Positions 22,893 through 36,308 of a stretch of DNA of 64,000 bases are shown here, piece by piece. Source of the stretch: a virus. A model generated the notes under the pieces. The model had not been told where the DNA came from. It saw only the letters and a list, made by a program, of their open reading frames with translations, and made no database searches. Numbering within the stretch: the stretch's first letter is position 1; the number at the start of each line of letters is the position of its first letter. The stretch covers positions 1-64,000 of the IMG/VR virus record IMGVR_UViG_3300030497_000008. One strand, 5' to 3'. The translations under genes were made by a program, and so were the position numbers.

Positions 22893-25320
22893 ATTCTCTC
22901 TCCTCCTTAAGCGCTATATCTATCGTGCTTATCGTAAAATGTGTATTTATCCTTACCATTAAACGTGCCGCTCTTAAATCCTACTAAATGTGATAAATAC
23001 AACCTATATGTAAATACGCGACCATCTTCATCCTGACTGATGGTTCTTGTTAATTTTCTAACATCTTTTCTTGTTTTACAACGTTCGTGAAGTTCTGAAA
23101 ATGTAGGTAGTCGTCCACCTTCTTGTTTTTTAATTTTATTGATTTTCTTATGTAATCGATAATTACCTAAAAACGAGTTCGTGTTCGGTACAAACTTAAA
23201 TACATTTACAGTGACTAACGTATTATCGATAGTTCCTACATATTTCATAAAGTCTACATTCTCTTCAATCGTGACATTCTTTGTCGGAATACCCTTTACA
23301 TTCCTAAAATTCATTTCTTGTCTTCTTCTTGTATGTCTTGTCATTTTATCTCCTCCTATTGCATAGCTGCTGCGGCTACGCCTTGTATAATTGATAAAAA
23401 CAGTACACTACCTAAAAACCCCATAAAACCCCATCCCATTAATTTAAGACCGTTAGTAGCTCGTTCTAGGTCTGTATCGTGATACCTGACCATTTGTATT
23501 AGACCAGCAATTAAAGGGGTACAGCAGAGTGTATAGGAAGCTACCATGAACCATATAAACTCTTTGTATATTTCGTATCCCTCTGTCATTCCCATACATC
23601 CTTTTCTCCCGTATATACTTTACAGGTAATGGAGTCGAATAAATATGTAGAATCTGGGTTATCCTCATGGTATACGAATGCGTATTCTTCATTATCTGTA
23701 GTATATACAACGTCATCTAGACCACCTAAAGGGAATAACCCAACTTCAAAAATCCAGTACCTGTGTTGTAAGTTAGTTTGTATCATATCTACTACCCATC
23801 CAAAAACAGACATTATTAGTGTGGCTCATACCTACTCCTAGAGATTCCAACTCATCTAAGACTTCTCTAACTCTAGGTATCCAGCATTCAACTAGGAAAG
23901 GTGTATCTTTTTCGATACAACTAATCATCTTTCTCTTTAAGGATTCGTACTCGTCAAGTAAGTCCTTTATACGTACAGTCTTTTCGAAGCTCAGTTTACT
24001 CCTATCCACCATGATTAACATGCAATTACTTCCTCCTCTTTCTAATCTCCAACGCGCAGAAAGCCTCGTACATAACAAATTTAACAATCTCTCTATTGTA
24101 ATATTGTTCTACCATAGTGACAACACAGTACATGTCCATATAATTGAATGTATCGCTCCACTCAGGGAGGTCTCTATCCGTTACATATACAGGAAGTGTT
24201 TTCATTAATCGCCCTCCTTAAGAACCGTAATAGGTTGTCCAAGGTCGTTGACCATATTTGTTTACTAGTTCATCTATGTATTCTTGTGCGCTTTCTTCAT
24301 GCGATTCTACGCTTGCATACTTTACAGTATCGCAATATATGTTTTCTAGGCTTCTGTCACTAATATCTTGTACCATTAGCCATTCCTCTAAGTACTCCAT
24401 TTCCTTACGAGCTTCCGCGAACAGTTTTGCTGTTCTTTTAATTGACTCCTCTAAATCCATTGGTAGGTTGTGCATAATCCATCTCCTTATTTATGTAATA
24501 TATAATCCACACATCCGACTACACAAAATGCACTTAAGAATAAAAAGAACATAATGAATGCCAGTTGTAGTATGGTGAATCGCCAAGGTTCAGCGAGTGC
24601 GTAATCGAAAAGTACTACACTCGCTAGGAATACCAGACAGGCGATAGGGAACAATACCCATATCATGCTACGATGATGTCTTTTCTTAAAATTTCAAAGT
24701 TCTCTATGCTATCAGGTAATAGGTATGCATACTCTACCTCATCACCTTCATCCAGAACTAATTTGTTTGTATAGTGCTCTAATTTCGCGATATTACCGAT
24801 AGCCATGTACACTTTACCGAATTTTGTATCAATACGACTAATGTATTCGACATACTCTTGTTTAATATGTTCTACCGTACATCCAATTTCTTTCAGTACG
24901 CTAGTATCGACTTGAGATTTGTCATTAATGTATCCAATCTTTTCACCTTTATAGTAAATGTTGTACATTTTCGATTACCTCCTATTGTAATTCGTGTGGC
25001 ATATTTAACGATAGTCCACGCATCTCGTTAATCATCATTAGTTTAACAAAGTTGTCGAATGAATCTGGAATCAGTTTAGCGTGTAGAACTTCCTCACCAT
25101 CTAATAACTCTAAGTTCGTTGTTGCCTCATCAAGATTATGTAGAGTACCGATTGCGATATGTACAGAATTTGTTGTCTCTACCTGCACAATGTACTCTTG
25201 CTCTTCTCCCTCGAACTTAACCTCTAACTCTCTTAATCCTTTTGAATCTACCATTTTATGTTCCTCCTTAGTTATTATACTTTAAGTATAACATAGATTG
25301 ATATTTTTGCAAGACTTTTT

Positions 25321-26508
25321 TTATTTAGCTTTGAAATTGTATAAAGGTTTGATGATATCTTTGATGTCGATTGTGTCTTTTGTGTTCTCGATAATCTCAT
25401 CCATAGGTTTGTACACCATAGGCGCTTCATCTAATGTGCTCTCAACAACAGAAGTTGTCCAAACACCAGCCATTGTATTTGTGAATTCTTCGATGTCTAA
25501 TGAATCCTTAGCCTTTCTACGACTCATAATACGTCCTGCTCCATGAGGTGCAGAGAAGTTCCAATCAGGATTACCTTTACCAAACGCAATGATAGAACCA
25601 TCTCGCATGTTGATAGGTATAATTACTCGTTCTCCTTGTTGAGCTGAGATAGCGCCCTTACGCATAATCATGTTATCCATATCGATATAGTTGTGGATAG
25701 TATCGAATGAATCAGTGATTTTCCACCCCATCTTAGCAACGATTACATCAATCATCGCTTGGCGGTTTAACGCAGCGTAGTATTGCGCGATTTTCATATC
25801 ATGCATGTAGTCTTTAAATCCTTGCCCTTCTAAGTAAGCGAACTCTTTACGGATTTTAGGTTGTTTAACTCCTCGCAAAGCATCATGAATCTCATGTTGG
25901 CGTCCCTCTTTTGTTAATCGTTCGATAATTTCGTCCTTAACAGATTTAACATTCATTAGCTGCTCATATGCAAGGTTCTGGTAGTGCTCTGCAATTTGTT
26001 TACCTAAGTGACGAGAGCCGCTATGAATAACAAGGTATACGTTACCTGCTTCGTCTTCGTTAACCTCAATAAAGTGGTTACCTCCACCTAATGTACCAAT
26101 ACTGTTCTGTGCTCGTTGCAGGTTGAATGGAGCTCGTACAGATTTGAAGTCTACCATATTAGCGAAGCTATGCGCCGTACCACGAATCGAGAAACCGTTA
26201 GGTACATGGTTATAGATTACTTCATCTAATTGGTCAAACTTGATTTCTTCTTTCTTTTTATCGATGATAGCAACATGCATCCCGCATCCGATATCAACCC
26301 CTACTAGATTTGAAACAATTTTATCTTGGATTGTCATAGTTGTGCCAATTGTACATCCTGCACCTGCATGCGTGTCAGGCATGATACGAATCTTATTACC
26401 TTTTACAAACTCTTGGTTACAGAGTTCAATAATCTGCCCTGTTGCAGTCTCCTCGATATTATTAGTGAATACCTTCGCCTCATTATATTTACCTTTTAGT
26501 GTTAACAT
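25321..26508 (-). CDS. rtcB: RtcB-family 3'-phosphate/5'-OH RNA ligase
   Basis: MPDTHAG, VGVDIGCG, GTLGGGNHFIE, HSGSR, HNYI, RKGA, SAPHGAGR, DEAPMVYK motifs. Confidence 0.95.
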   Translation of the reverse strand: MLTLKGKYNEAKVFTNNIEETATGQIIELCNQEFVKGNKIRIMPDTHAGAGCTIGTTMTIQDKIVSNLVGVDIGCGMHVAIIDKKKEEIKFDQLDEVIYNHVPNGFSIRGTAHSFANMVDFKSVRAPFNLQRAQNSIGTLGGGNHFIEVNEDEAGNVYLVIHSGSRHLGKQIAEHYQNLAYEQLMNVKSVKDEIIERLTKEGRQHEIHDALRGVKQPKIRKEFAYLEGQGFKDYMHDMKIAQYYAALNRQAMIDVIVAKMGWKITDSFDTIHNYIDMDNMIMRKGAISAQQGERVIIPINMRDGSIIAFGKGNPDWNFSAPHGAGRIMSRRKAKDSLDIEEFTNTMAGVWTTSVVESTLDEAPMVYKPMDEIIENTKDTIDIKDIIKPLYNFKAK

Positions 26509-26575
26509 TATGTATTTCCTCCCTTTATTTATTATACTAAAAGTATAACACTACAAATCTATCTTTGCAAGTATT

Positions 26576-29500
26576 TTATCCTAAAATTACAGTTGTCATC
26601 ATCATTTGAGTTGAAACATCGATAGCGTCATCTAACATCTTCTGTTCTTCCTCACGACGTCTTTTTTCCTCTTCCTGCTGCTTCTTTTTCTCTTCTGGAG
26701 TTAACTCTACCTTTTCTGGTTTCTTTTCGACATGAACTTGCGTCTCTTTAGGTGGAGCTTCGTATTTGTACTCCCACGGATATGCTACAAAAATGAAAGT
26801 GAATAGAATCGAAGCAGCTACTATAATACCTTTAAATAAATCGCTCATATAACCCTCCTTAATATCCTAGAAAATATCCAATCCCACCGATTAATAAGAA
26901 AACCGAGAATACAAATGTAATAAACAACACAATCAACAACAGTACATCCATAAAGTCTTGTATATTGTGAAGTACACTAACAAACCCACTAGCAGACATC
27001 AAAACTAGTAATATCACTAAGATAAAAATCAATACTGCTACCATTTAAATCCCCTCCGTCACAATAAAGATGATTAGAACTGCCAGCACCATAGTGACAA
27101 TTAGAGTAAACATAACTTCAAAAACACTTTGTTGACCTATATTGTTCAACTGATACAAAACAACTACTACTCCGTATGCGAACAGTAATGTAAGTATAAC
27201 TGCTGCTACCACCATTTCTTACCCCTCCCAGTTAACTCCTTGTATGTATATCGACGCTCCCACTCAACAATAGGTAGCCATCTAACAGTTGTCACTCTAT
27301 CATAGCAACGACTGCAAATACTCTCCCCAGTAAACAGCGCTTGCTCTACTCCGTCTTTATTACGCGCTACACCTACAGGGTCTACCCTAGTACCTCCATC
27401 AAGCTTATGCCCGAAAATCTTACATCTTAATGAACTCATTGTATCCCTCCTCTCTTTAAGTTACTTATATCATAGCATGTCTAATAGAGTGTTGCAATAC
27501 TTTTAGTAAAATAAATTATAAAAAAAAAAGCAACCCGAAGGCTGCTTAATGATTACGCACTATAACTAGCGAATACAACTATATTCAATATAACTGCCAA
27601 GAAAGCCAAAACTCCGAATATGCAAGTTCCTATAAGCCCTAGAAACTCAAATAAGTCACCGCTCGTACTATAGTTATCTTCCATAACTCGGTAGCTATAC
27701 ATAGATAATAATGTCAATATTACTGGAGATAATACAATTAACAATCCCTCTCTCATAGAACTTCATCCTCATCGTATGTATTCTTAGACTTTAAATCCTC
27801 TTCCATAGACTGTAATTGATGCTTCCACTCTGCTCTATGGTTATACGAACTTTTATATTTCTCTCCATGCTTCACTGGTACTATGCGTATCCCTGTGTAA
27901 TAGTAAAGTAGATTACCTGCTCCACCTTTGACGTGGAACGATATGGAGTTACTTAAGGTTTTTCGTCCTTTATTGTAGTTTACAGTTTCACATCTATGCC
28001 ATGAAAAAGTTTTATCTATTTCATCTGTTAGCTGTATAGACGCCCACATGGGTAAGTTTGTCCCGCGTTGATAGTTCCATTTATATATCGGTACGTGATA
28101 TCCCTGCATAAAAGCTAATTTAATTAACTGCCTATTACGAGTTGTTCTTGCCATTTCTCTTCAACCTTTCTAAGACTAGGATAGACATCTCGTAAGCATT
28201 CATGCTACCTAAATGCATTCCACGCTCTAGAATACGAAACTCCCTATCTGTAAGCTCGTTGTGGATAATGTCTTCGTATCGTTGAAGATGCACTTCCTGT
28301 CTATCGTATTTTCGTTCTAGACTGCTTATGGCTTTATCTAATGGATTTGTCATTTATCTAAAATCTCACTAAATAATTTACGAAATCCTAAGTCATCTAG
28401 AATCTCTTTTAATAGTTTTACCACACCTAAGTTGAATATAACCTCATATGTATCAACATCATACATGGGTTGTCCAAATGTATTAAATTGTTCGACTGCG
28501 TAAAATATCTCATTGTCTGCGTCTTTTTGAAAACGTCCAATCAACTTTTCTACTCGTTCTATGTATTCGTCTTCTGTAGCTGTTTCTAAGATAACATCTA
28601 TGTGAGTTGTTAATATAGTGCAAGCTTTGATATCACCAAGAGCTAAGTACTTTTTAGTGTACTCAGCGTCTGGGTCATTCACAACGTTTACTGCTGCATC
28701 ATTTTTCTCTACGAAGAAGTTTCTCCACTCTTGTAGACTTCTCATAGATTTGCCTCTTCTTTTTCTTCAACTAAACCATTTACGATTTTAGCTAACTCAT
28801 TGTAAGCAGTTCGTAAGAATGTTACCTCTCCTAACATCTGCTTGTCCATTTTTCCTTTTTCTTCGAAGTCGTTTGACACAACATTTAATGCATTGAAGTA
28901 TTTCTCCTCAACTTCTCTAGCGAATACAAAGATAGCGAATGCTTGTATAGGCTCTAACGGATGTTTAAGTGCTAAATTCAACGTATCTACGATAAAGTTA
29001 CAAGCATCAATTTCACTAACAGCTTTGTAGATTTCATCTGAATCAATCTCAAATCCCTCACATAAAACTGTTTCCTTAAGCTCCGCTGCCTTTTTAGTGT
29101 AACCTTCTAATTTCTTTTCTAAGTAATTCATATTCAATTCCTCCTAAGTTTTGTTTGTTTTCTACTCTTTTATAATAACACACTTTTTACTATTTGTAAA
29201 CTACTTTTTATTCATTTTCCTCATAATACTCATTATCGTCCCTATAAGCTTTTAAGGCGTTGCTTAACACTCGGATAATCATACCTAACGAGCTCAGTTG
29301 TAAGTATAGCTGCTCATTCATATGTCCATCATCGATGGTAGATTTAACAGTACGTAATAGTATTTCGTGATTGTCAAGCTCTCTATCAACTGTGATAGCT
29401 AAGAAAGTATCTGGAATATCTCGAAGAATTTCTTTAATAGTACGTAATGCTTCTTCACTCTTATAAATATTGCGAGCTTCCGTCGATAACGCTGCTGCTG

Positions 29501-32500
29501 ACGCATCCTCTTGTAATAAATTCGAGAATCGTTTTCTCGCGATATCGCGATAGCTAGTAACAAGTTCTAATTGCTTCTCTAAATATACTCTCATTGTAAG
29601 TCCTCCTTAGAATTATTTACTGCTAGTACTCTTGTTCCGCTATTTAACAAAGAATCATGCAGCTTCACCAATGTTTGATAAGCTAGTTCTGGGTCGTTTT
29701 TCAAACGTTCTAGAGGTAAATCTAACAGGATGATAAACCCATCCATTACATAAGTGAAACCGTCTTCGTTAATATTTAATAGTGTTTGGCTCATTATAGC
29801 TCCTCTTTTCTATTAGTCTACTTTAACTTTATCTTCTGACCAGAATTGGATGATACAATTTTTACCTAAAACTAGTTTATCAGTACCGTCATAACCTTTC
29901 AATCTAACAAAACCATCATCTGTAGTTTCTACTACTTCACCTGTACCATATTTATAATGAGATACAATATCACCAACTCTATATTCATAAGGTTGTCGTC
30001 CTTTTCTGATAAAAGTTTTCTTGTACTTAAACACCTTAATTTCTTCTTCGTCCATCTTCTCATAGGATACGTTGTCGTCTGATAAATCGACATTAGATAG
30101 CTCGTTTGAGTATTCACGATATCCACAAACAACATCACCATTAATTGTTAACGCTCTTAAAACAAATGTTGATTGTGAACCGAAGGTAGTTCTTGTCACT
30201 AAAATGTACTCTCCAGACTTCACATCATGATTAACTTTCTCTAATTTATGGATTATTTCATTTAGATTGGTCGATGATGGTTGCCATGAATGAGTTGAAG
30301 TTGACGCCTCTAAGACTCCCTTATTCAACCTGTACGTAATACCTACTCCAGAGTTGTAGTAATGAGCTCCATTCACCATATCTACAATAACTTGCGAGTA
30401 GTCTTTAATATCTCTCTTCAATGCACTCCACGCATTTGTATACACTGTGCCGCTCATCGATTTCCACTCTGCAAACCACGCATTGGAATCTCCATGTCTA
30501 TACACCCGTAATACCTGTCCTAAAGTACCCGCGTTACTAATTACTCTATCACCTTTTTTAAGCTCTTGTGCCATATCGTTTCTCCTCCATTATAATCGGA
30601 TATTCGTTAATCACTAAATTAGCTTGATAAAGTCCACACAAACCTAGTGGAATCATGAACCACCACATTCCTGATTGAATGGAATTTGAAATACCTATCG
30701 CTGCTGTAGCGCTCAATATGTACATAAACCTGATTCTATCCTTTGTGCTCAACCACATTCTTTGCCATCTCCTTCTGGTATCTTCGTTTAATCGCTCGTT
30801 TAATAAGGTACTTATGCCACGTTTCTTCTTTCACTGTCTCTTCTTTATCACACTTGGGGCAATATGCTATTACATATGTATTGTATTCGAAGTCATACCC
30901 TGCATCTTCCCATTTAACTTCCATACACACCATTTCAAAATCATGGTCGCATTTTCTAGGAGGAACTTTTTTATTCTTTTTTCTGAAAAAATTAAGCATA
31001 TTATCATCCCTTCGGGTATATCATTTTACTATAACCTGCTAAATCGAATAAGAAAATCCTATTACCAACAGGTGTACTTTTGTGCCATTTACGAGGGGAC
31101 ATCCAGAAGAATCCCCTATCGTAAATACCCATAACCTTATACACTTCAATATTCTCTTTGATTGAAGGCGTTTTCAGTAACACACTATTAATTGTTGCTT
31201 GTTTAATAGTTACCTTGTTTAGTTGTTTATATCGGACATGTCTTGTCATGCGTCACACTCCTCTTTTTGTAATTTATCTAGTTCTCTTTGCCAATGTTCA
31301 GCTTGAGATTTGTAGAAATTTTCATATTCTTTAGAAGCATTAATCTTACCTTCGATATCTTTAGCTCGATGGTCTTTTGTGTACTTTTTCCATTTCTCCT
31401 CATCTTTCCATAAATCACGCTCTTGACCTTTATACGCCCCATATGCCATAGATGTAACTAACTCCACTTCGAATCTAGGAGCAATCCAGTCGCATCCATC
31501 TCCGCAGCATCCTTTATCTGGATTGTAACCTTCATCTCCTTGTTGACATGAGCAATAACCCCAAGGTCTATCATCTTTAAGAAGCTTGATTTCGTAACGT
31601 CTTTTGGTATGGTGTATATAAACTACTATAACTCCATCCGTGTAAGGTGTATCTGGTCTTTCGTATCTGAAATACACACCGTTCTCTTCTGCATCTACAA
31701 GCATAGTAGATACCGTATCTGCATAATCTAGCAAGTTCTCATAGTGCGGTATTAGTGTGTCCAAGTAATAAAAACAATCCTCCAAGATAAATTCCTTTAA
31801 TTTAGTAAAAAACGTCTCTCCAAACCCCATGTTACTTGTCCCCTTTCTTTTTACCCGATGTTTTAACGAATGAGCCTAATAGGATAAACAGAATCCACAG
31901 CCCGCCGTAACCAAACGCCATATCCTCATTAACATTTATATTTTGAATCATCTGGAAGCATGATATTGTAGCTATCCCAAAGCATGTTAAGTACGCGATA
32001 TTCCTCATTGTGCCACCTCCTCTTTATGTACAACTTGTCCATTCTCTTTCACTGGAGCAGCTTTATGGAACGCAGATTCTAATTCTGTTAATCGTTTCGG
32101 AGTGTAGCAGCGACTTTCTTGTAAGTTCTCAATCTGTCTAATTTGCTGCATGCAATTTTTTAAGTCTTTCTCAATACCATTATGTTTAGCTAACAACATT
32201 TTAATAGGCTTTGTCGCTTCCGCTAATTCCTTAGCTCGTCTACGTTTTTTAGCAGACTCTTCTAAAATGTTCCACTTTTCAATCTTTTCTTCGTCTGAGA
32301 ATTCTAGGAACTCTGCGCTATGCCAAATATCTTGTCGAACCTCATCTAAGTATTTCACATCTTCTAAAGCCGCATTATGTGCTTTTGGATATTTAGAGAA
32401 TACATTTACCGCTGATTGCATATCCTTTAGCAAAGTCGTTACACCGTACTCTGCAATTTCTAAACCTTCACCACGAAACACGTCTCTAGCTTCGTTGTCG

Positions 32501-34060
32501 CGTACTTTGTTGTCCAATAGAGTAAATGCCTTATGTAAGTTTTCTTTTGCGTCCTTAGTCATTCTACCTGCATCTACAACGTCTTTTAATAAATCTCTAA
32601 CCTCTACGATATTTAATGTCATTTTAATTCTCTCCCTTTTATGTATTAGTCATTTAATTTTTTACCGCATTCTGGGCAATAATTAACTTCTATGTATTCC
32701 CTTGCAAAACCATCGTTATAATAATCCCACGTAGTTGTCATTACAACCAATACCCATCTATCTCCATCTAACTGTAGGTCTTCGATACAGGTTGTACATT
32801 CTTTTGGTTCACTCACCATTTATCACCTCCCTTACATCTATTATTCTATCATTTATTTTACTAAAAGTAAAGTACTTTTTATATTATTCTGTATACCATC
32901 CCATATCTGTATAATTCGCTAACCATTCATCATGAGCCTCATTTAGAAAAACACGAGTTTCTTCATCCGTCATGCTGCTGTCCCAACCTAGTTCGTGTAG
33001 GGTGAATTTCTCTTCGCGTTTCGAACCTACATAACCTGTCGATGCATAAAAAGTTACTAGTGTTGCATATTTATAATCAGTCATTGAAACACATGCCTCC
33101 TGTAAACTCATTGTAAACCCCTGTTGCGATAGCAAACTCAACTTCTATCACTTCTTTCTTAGCGTAATACTCTTTCATGAAGTCCTCAGTGTATACAAAG
33201 TCCCATTCATCAGGATACATCATGTCTTCTCGCTCATCCTCCGAAATCTCTCGTGTCGTACCGTTCTGCTCCACCCACGATGAGAAAGAATCTTCGATAG
33301 AATCGATAACTTCAAATAGTTCCCACTCTCGTCGGAAAGAGCCGCTTATCATCCACTGACTCTGATGAGGGGTTAACCCTTTACCATCAAATAGAGGTAT
33401 ATTACCGAATCTACCAGCGTCCACTTTTAGATTAATAAGTTTATCCTTATTAGGGTAGTGTATGTTTACCGCTAGATTTTTCGTCTGCACTACTACAGAT
33501 ACCCCATGCAAGCTGCCTTCACCACTACGGAAACTTGTTTCGCAACCTAACTTTTTGTTCAGTTTATCTTCCAGCCTCCATTCACTGGTAAACCAAACAA
33601 CTACGCGATTTTGATTATGTACACAAATCACCGTACCACTTGATAGCGCTGGTATATGTATATCTCCATTGACAATATCCTTTGTATTCCGTACTCGCAT
33701 AAGTTCTCTGTATTCGATATAAGGTCTAGATGGTAACATTTACTTTTCCTCCCTTGTTAGCGAAATAATATTCATATTAAGAATCTCATGTTTTGTTCTC
33801 TCGATGCTCTCAAGTAAGTCCATAAGGCTTAAAATTACACCTGTACCTTCACTTTCTTTGTATACTTTGTTAATGATTCCTACGCATGCTTTCTCAATAG
33901 TAGAGTAATATCCGATAGCTACGTATTTAGGTTCTTTGGTACGTCCCTTAAACGCTTCATCCGTTTCGTCCTTCTTTTGTTTCGGTACAACAATCTCATT
34001 TAAAATTACATTGTACGCATCTGATGTAAGCTTGTACTTCTCTCCAATATATATCTCCAT
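26576..34060 (-). other. Block of minus-strand hypothetical ORFs (membrane peptides, Zn-ribbon and helical proteins)
   Basis: Abutting ORFs with RBS, e.g. 27206..27439 (C..FGHK...CSRC, DUF1660-like), 29813..30574, 31246..31830, 32005..32622, 33077..33739. Confidence 0.7.
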
Positions 34061-34125
34061 TGGTTATCTCCTCCTTGATTCTATAATACTACCAATTTTA
34101 CTAAAAGTAAAGTTAATTTTAAAAA

Positions 34126-34626
34126 TTAATCTACTTTTTTATAAACTCTAAAGTAGTATTCGAATCCTAGCGCTGCTATTGATTTTTTATCACCTTTTCG
34201 CTTATAAAAACACTTATAAATCTCTCTATCAAACTCAGGAAAATAAGAGTCCGCTTCAAACGATTTTCCTAACTCAGTTATGTAAAATCTATTAGCCATC
34301 GGTGCGAACTGCTCATATATGCTAGAGCCTCCGATTACCATTAGTTCTTTTTCATCTTTAAAGTCATTAAGTATGCTATGTATGTCGTGGTATACCTTTA
34401 CATCATCGTCTAGTGGTTTGAAATCTTTGTTTCTAGTAAGTACAATATTAACTCTATTTTTTAGAAACTTACCGATAGACAGATGCGTTTTACTCCCCAT
34501 AATAACAGGCTTATGTATCGTCTTTTCTACGAACCAATCGAAATCTTCTTTTATCTTTACTAGTAGCTCGTTGTCTTTTCCGATACCCCCTTTCTCATCA
34601 ACTGCCGCAATCAAACTAATTATCAT
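34126..34626 (-). CDS. Dihydrofolate reductase
   Basis: LIAAVDEKGGIG, VIMGSKT, R.NIVLTR, VIGGSSIY, DSYFP motifs. Confidence 0.95.
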   Translation of the reverse strand: MIISLIAAVDEKGGIGKDNELLVKIKEDFDWFVEKTIHKPVIMGSKTHLSIGKFLKNRVNIVLTRNKDFKPLDDDVKVYHDIHSILNDFKDEKELMVIGGSSIYEQFAPMANRFYITELGKSFEADSYFPEFDREIYKCFYKRKGDKKSIAALGFEYYFRVYKKVD

Positions 34627-34678
34627 CTACATTTCTCCTTTCTTCGAAAGTATACCACAAAATACTTGATAAATCAAC

Positions 34679-34707
34679 AAAAAAAGAGGCTATTAATTTA
34701 GCCTCTT
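34679..34707 (-). terminator. Rho-independent terminator
   Basis: AAGAGGCTA/TAGCCTCTT hairpin with T run on minus strand. Confidence 0.7.
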
Positions 34708-35548
34708 ACTCATCTTCTCCTCGAAGAAATTTCTCGAATCGTTCTGTATAAATTTTACTTTCCGAGATGAACTCCGCCAACATTTTCATAGCACGGTGGT
34801 ACTCCTCTTCTGTTCTATCCTCATCCACAACTAAGGCGAATTCTATATCGATATCATCTGTATAAATATAGTAGTTAGGGTCATCCGCTTCTAAAGCAGG
34901 ATACATATCCTCCCACTCGTTGAATTGATACTGGTCAATGTAACCTTTCGCATGCGCCCAGAACATGAAATTAGGTGCATTAATAAGGTAACCAAATCGG
35001 TCTACAAATGACTCCCCATGTTCACGTTCCCACTCAATAATTGCGTAAAACACTTTATTCTTATCCATTATTTTTCCTCCCCTACGATTACAAAGTCTAA
35101 ACTCTCCGCTAAATCGCAATCGATTAAACCTACGTCATACAGGAAATTAACGAATTCTTTATCAACTTTTCCAAACTCGTGAAGTTTAACTTTAATTCCG
35201 TCATCGTCGTAGTCATCCGCGAGAACCATTTTAGTTAAACCTTTCTCTAGCATTTCCTGATATATAGCTTCCGATTCGTAATTGTCTAAGAAATATCGAG
35301 CTGCTCCATCACCGTCACCAGAAATTAATAATACTTTCATTTATTTATCCTCCTTGTGTGCTCTAAAGTGTACGATTTCATCATAACGTATATACTCATC
35401 GTCGATTACTACATAGTCTCCGATTGGCTCAATATCCTTGTAATTTGTAAATCCTTTGATTTGAGAACATGCCAAGTGCTCTGCAAATGAATCCATTGAC
35501 GCGTGACGAGTATTAACTACCACACAAGAATTATTCTTTAAGTATAAA

Positions 35549-36151
35549 TCAATCTTCATTACTTTTCAACTCTCTTTCGATAATTTCTAAAACAATATTA
35601 TCGATTTGTCGGTATAAAGTCGGAAGTGCTCCGTTATTGTATACATCGAAATCTACCTCAGCTTTATCCACGCACTGCTCTGTCTCATCTGTGAAATCAT
35701 CCATGTCGCAGATATCACCAGCATCTTTAATTCGTTGTAATCGTACCTTGTCATCAGCATTTATACGAATAATAGTATATCCTTCTTCACGAAGCTTACG
35801 GAATTCATTTTCCTGACGAACACCTGTAACTACGACTTTGAAGTGAGGTAAATTACGGAAGAACTCACGAGACGTAAAAGGCGTGCTTTCGTATTTCTCT
35901 ACATCATCTTCGATTCTATTGAGTGTTCGTCTAACCCAATAATCTTCACCGAACGCGAATTTCTGTAATTCCGCATACAACTTGTACCCTTTTCGTGGCT
36001 TCTCACCTCTATTATAGGGGTACTTTTTAGCGAAGTCATCTTTTACACCGTCAGACAAGTCATAAATATAGAATCCGTATTTAATAGACAGATACCTTTC
36101 AACAATAGACTTACCAGCTCGCATCTTCCCTGCAATTGCAATTTTAATCAT
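35549..36151 (-). CDS. Deoxynucleoside monophosphate kinase-like P-loop kinase
   Basis: IAIAGKMRAGKS Walker A; VVVTGVRQENE; close to thyA and DHFR. Confidence 0.8.
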   Translation of the reverse strand: MIKIAIAGKMRAGKSIVERYLSIKYGFYIYDLSDGVKDDFAKKYPYNRGEKPRKGYKLYAELQKFAFGEDYWVRRTLNRIEDDVEKYESTPFTSREFFRNLPHFKVVVTGVRQENEFRKLREEGYTIIRINADDKVRLQRIKDAGDICDMDDFTDETEQCVDKAEVDFDVYNNGALPTLYRQIDNIVLEIIERELKSNED

Positions 36152-36308
36152 TTCACTAACTCCTTTTCATATTTTTCTACTGTTTTATGGAAGTCTCTTA
36201 AAAACTCTTTCACATGAGTAGGGTTTGTTCGTTTCGTCCCATCTTCACGAATTTCCGTTCTACGCATCAACCATGCATGCATACTTAGAATCTCTCTTTC
36301 GAAATCCG

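Larger units (their letters stand above)
20484..25254 (-). other. Block of minus-strand hypothetical ORFs incl. membrane proteins and paralog pairs
   Basis: Co-oriented ORFs with RBS; strand switch at ~20.3-20.5 kb. Confidence 0.7.
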
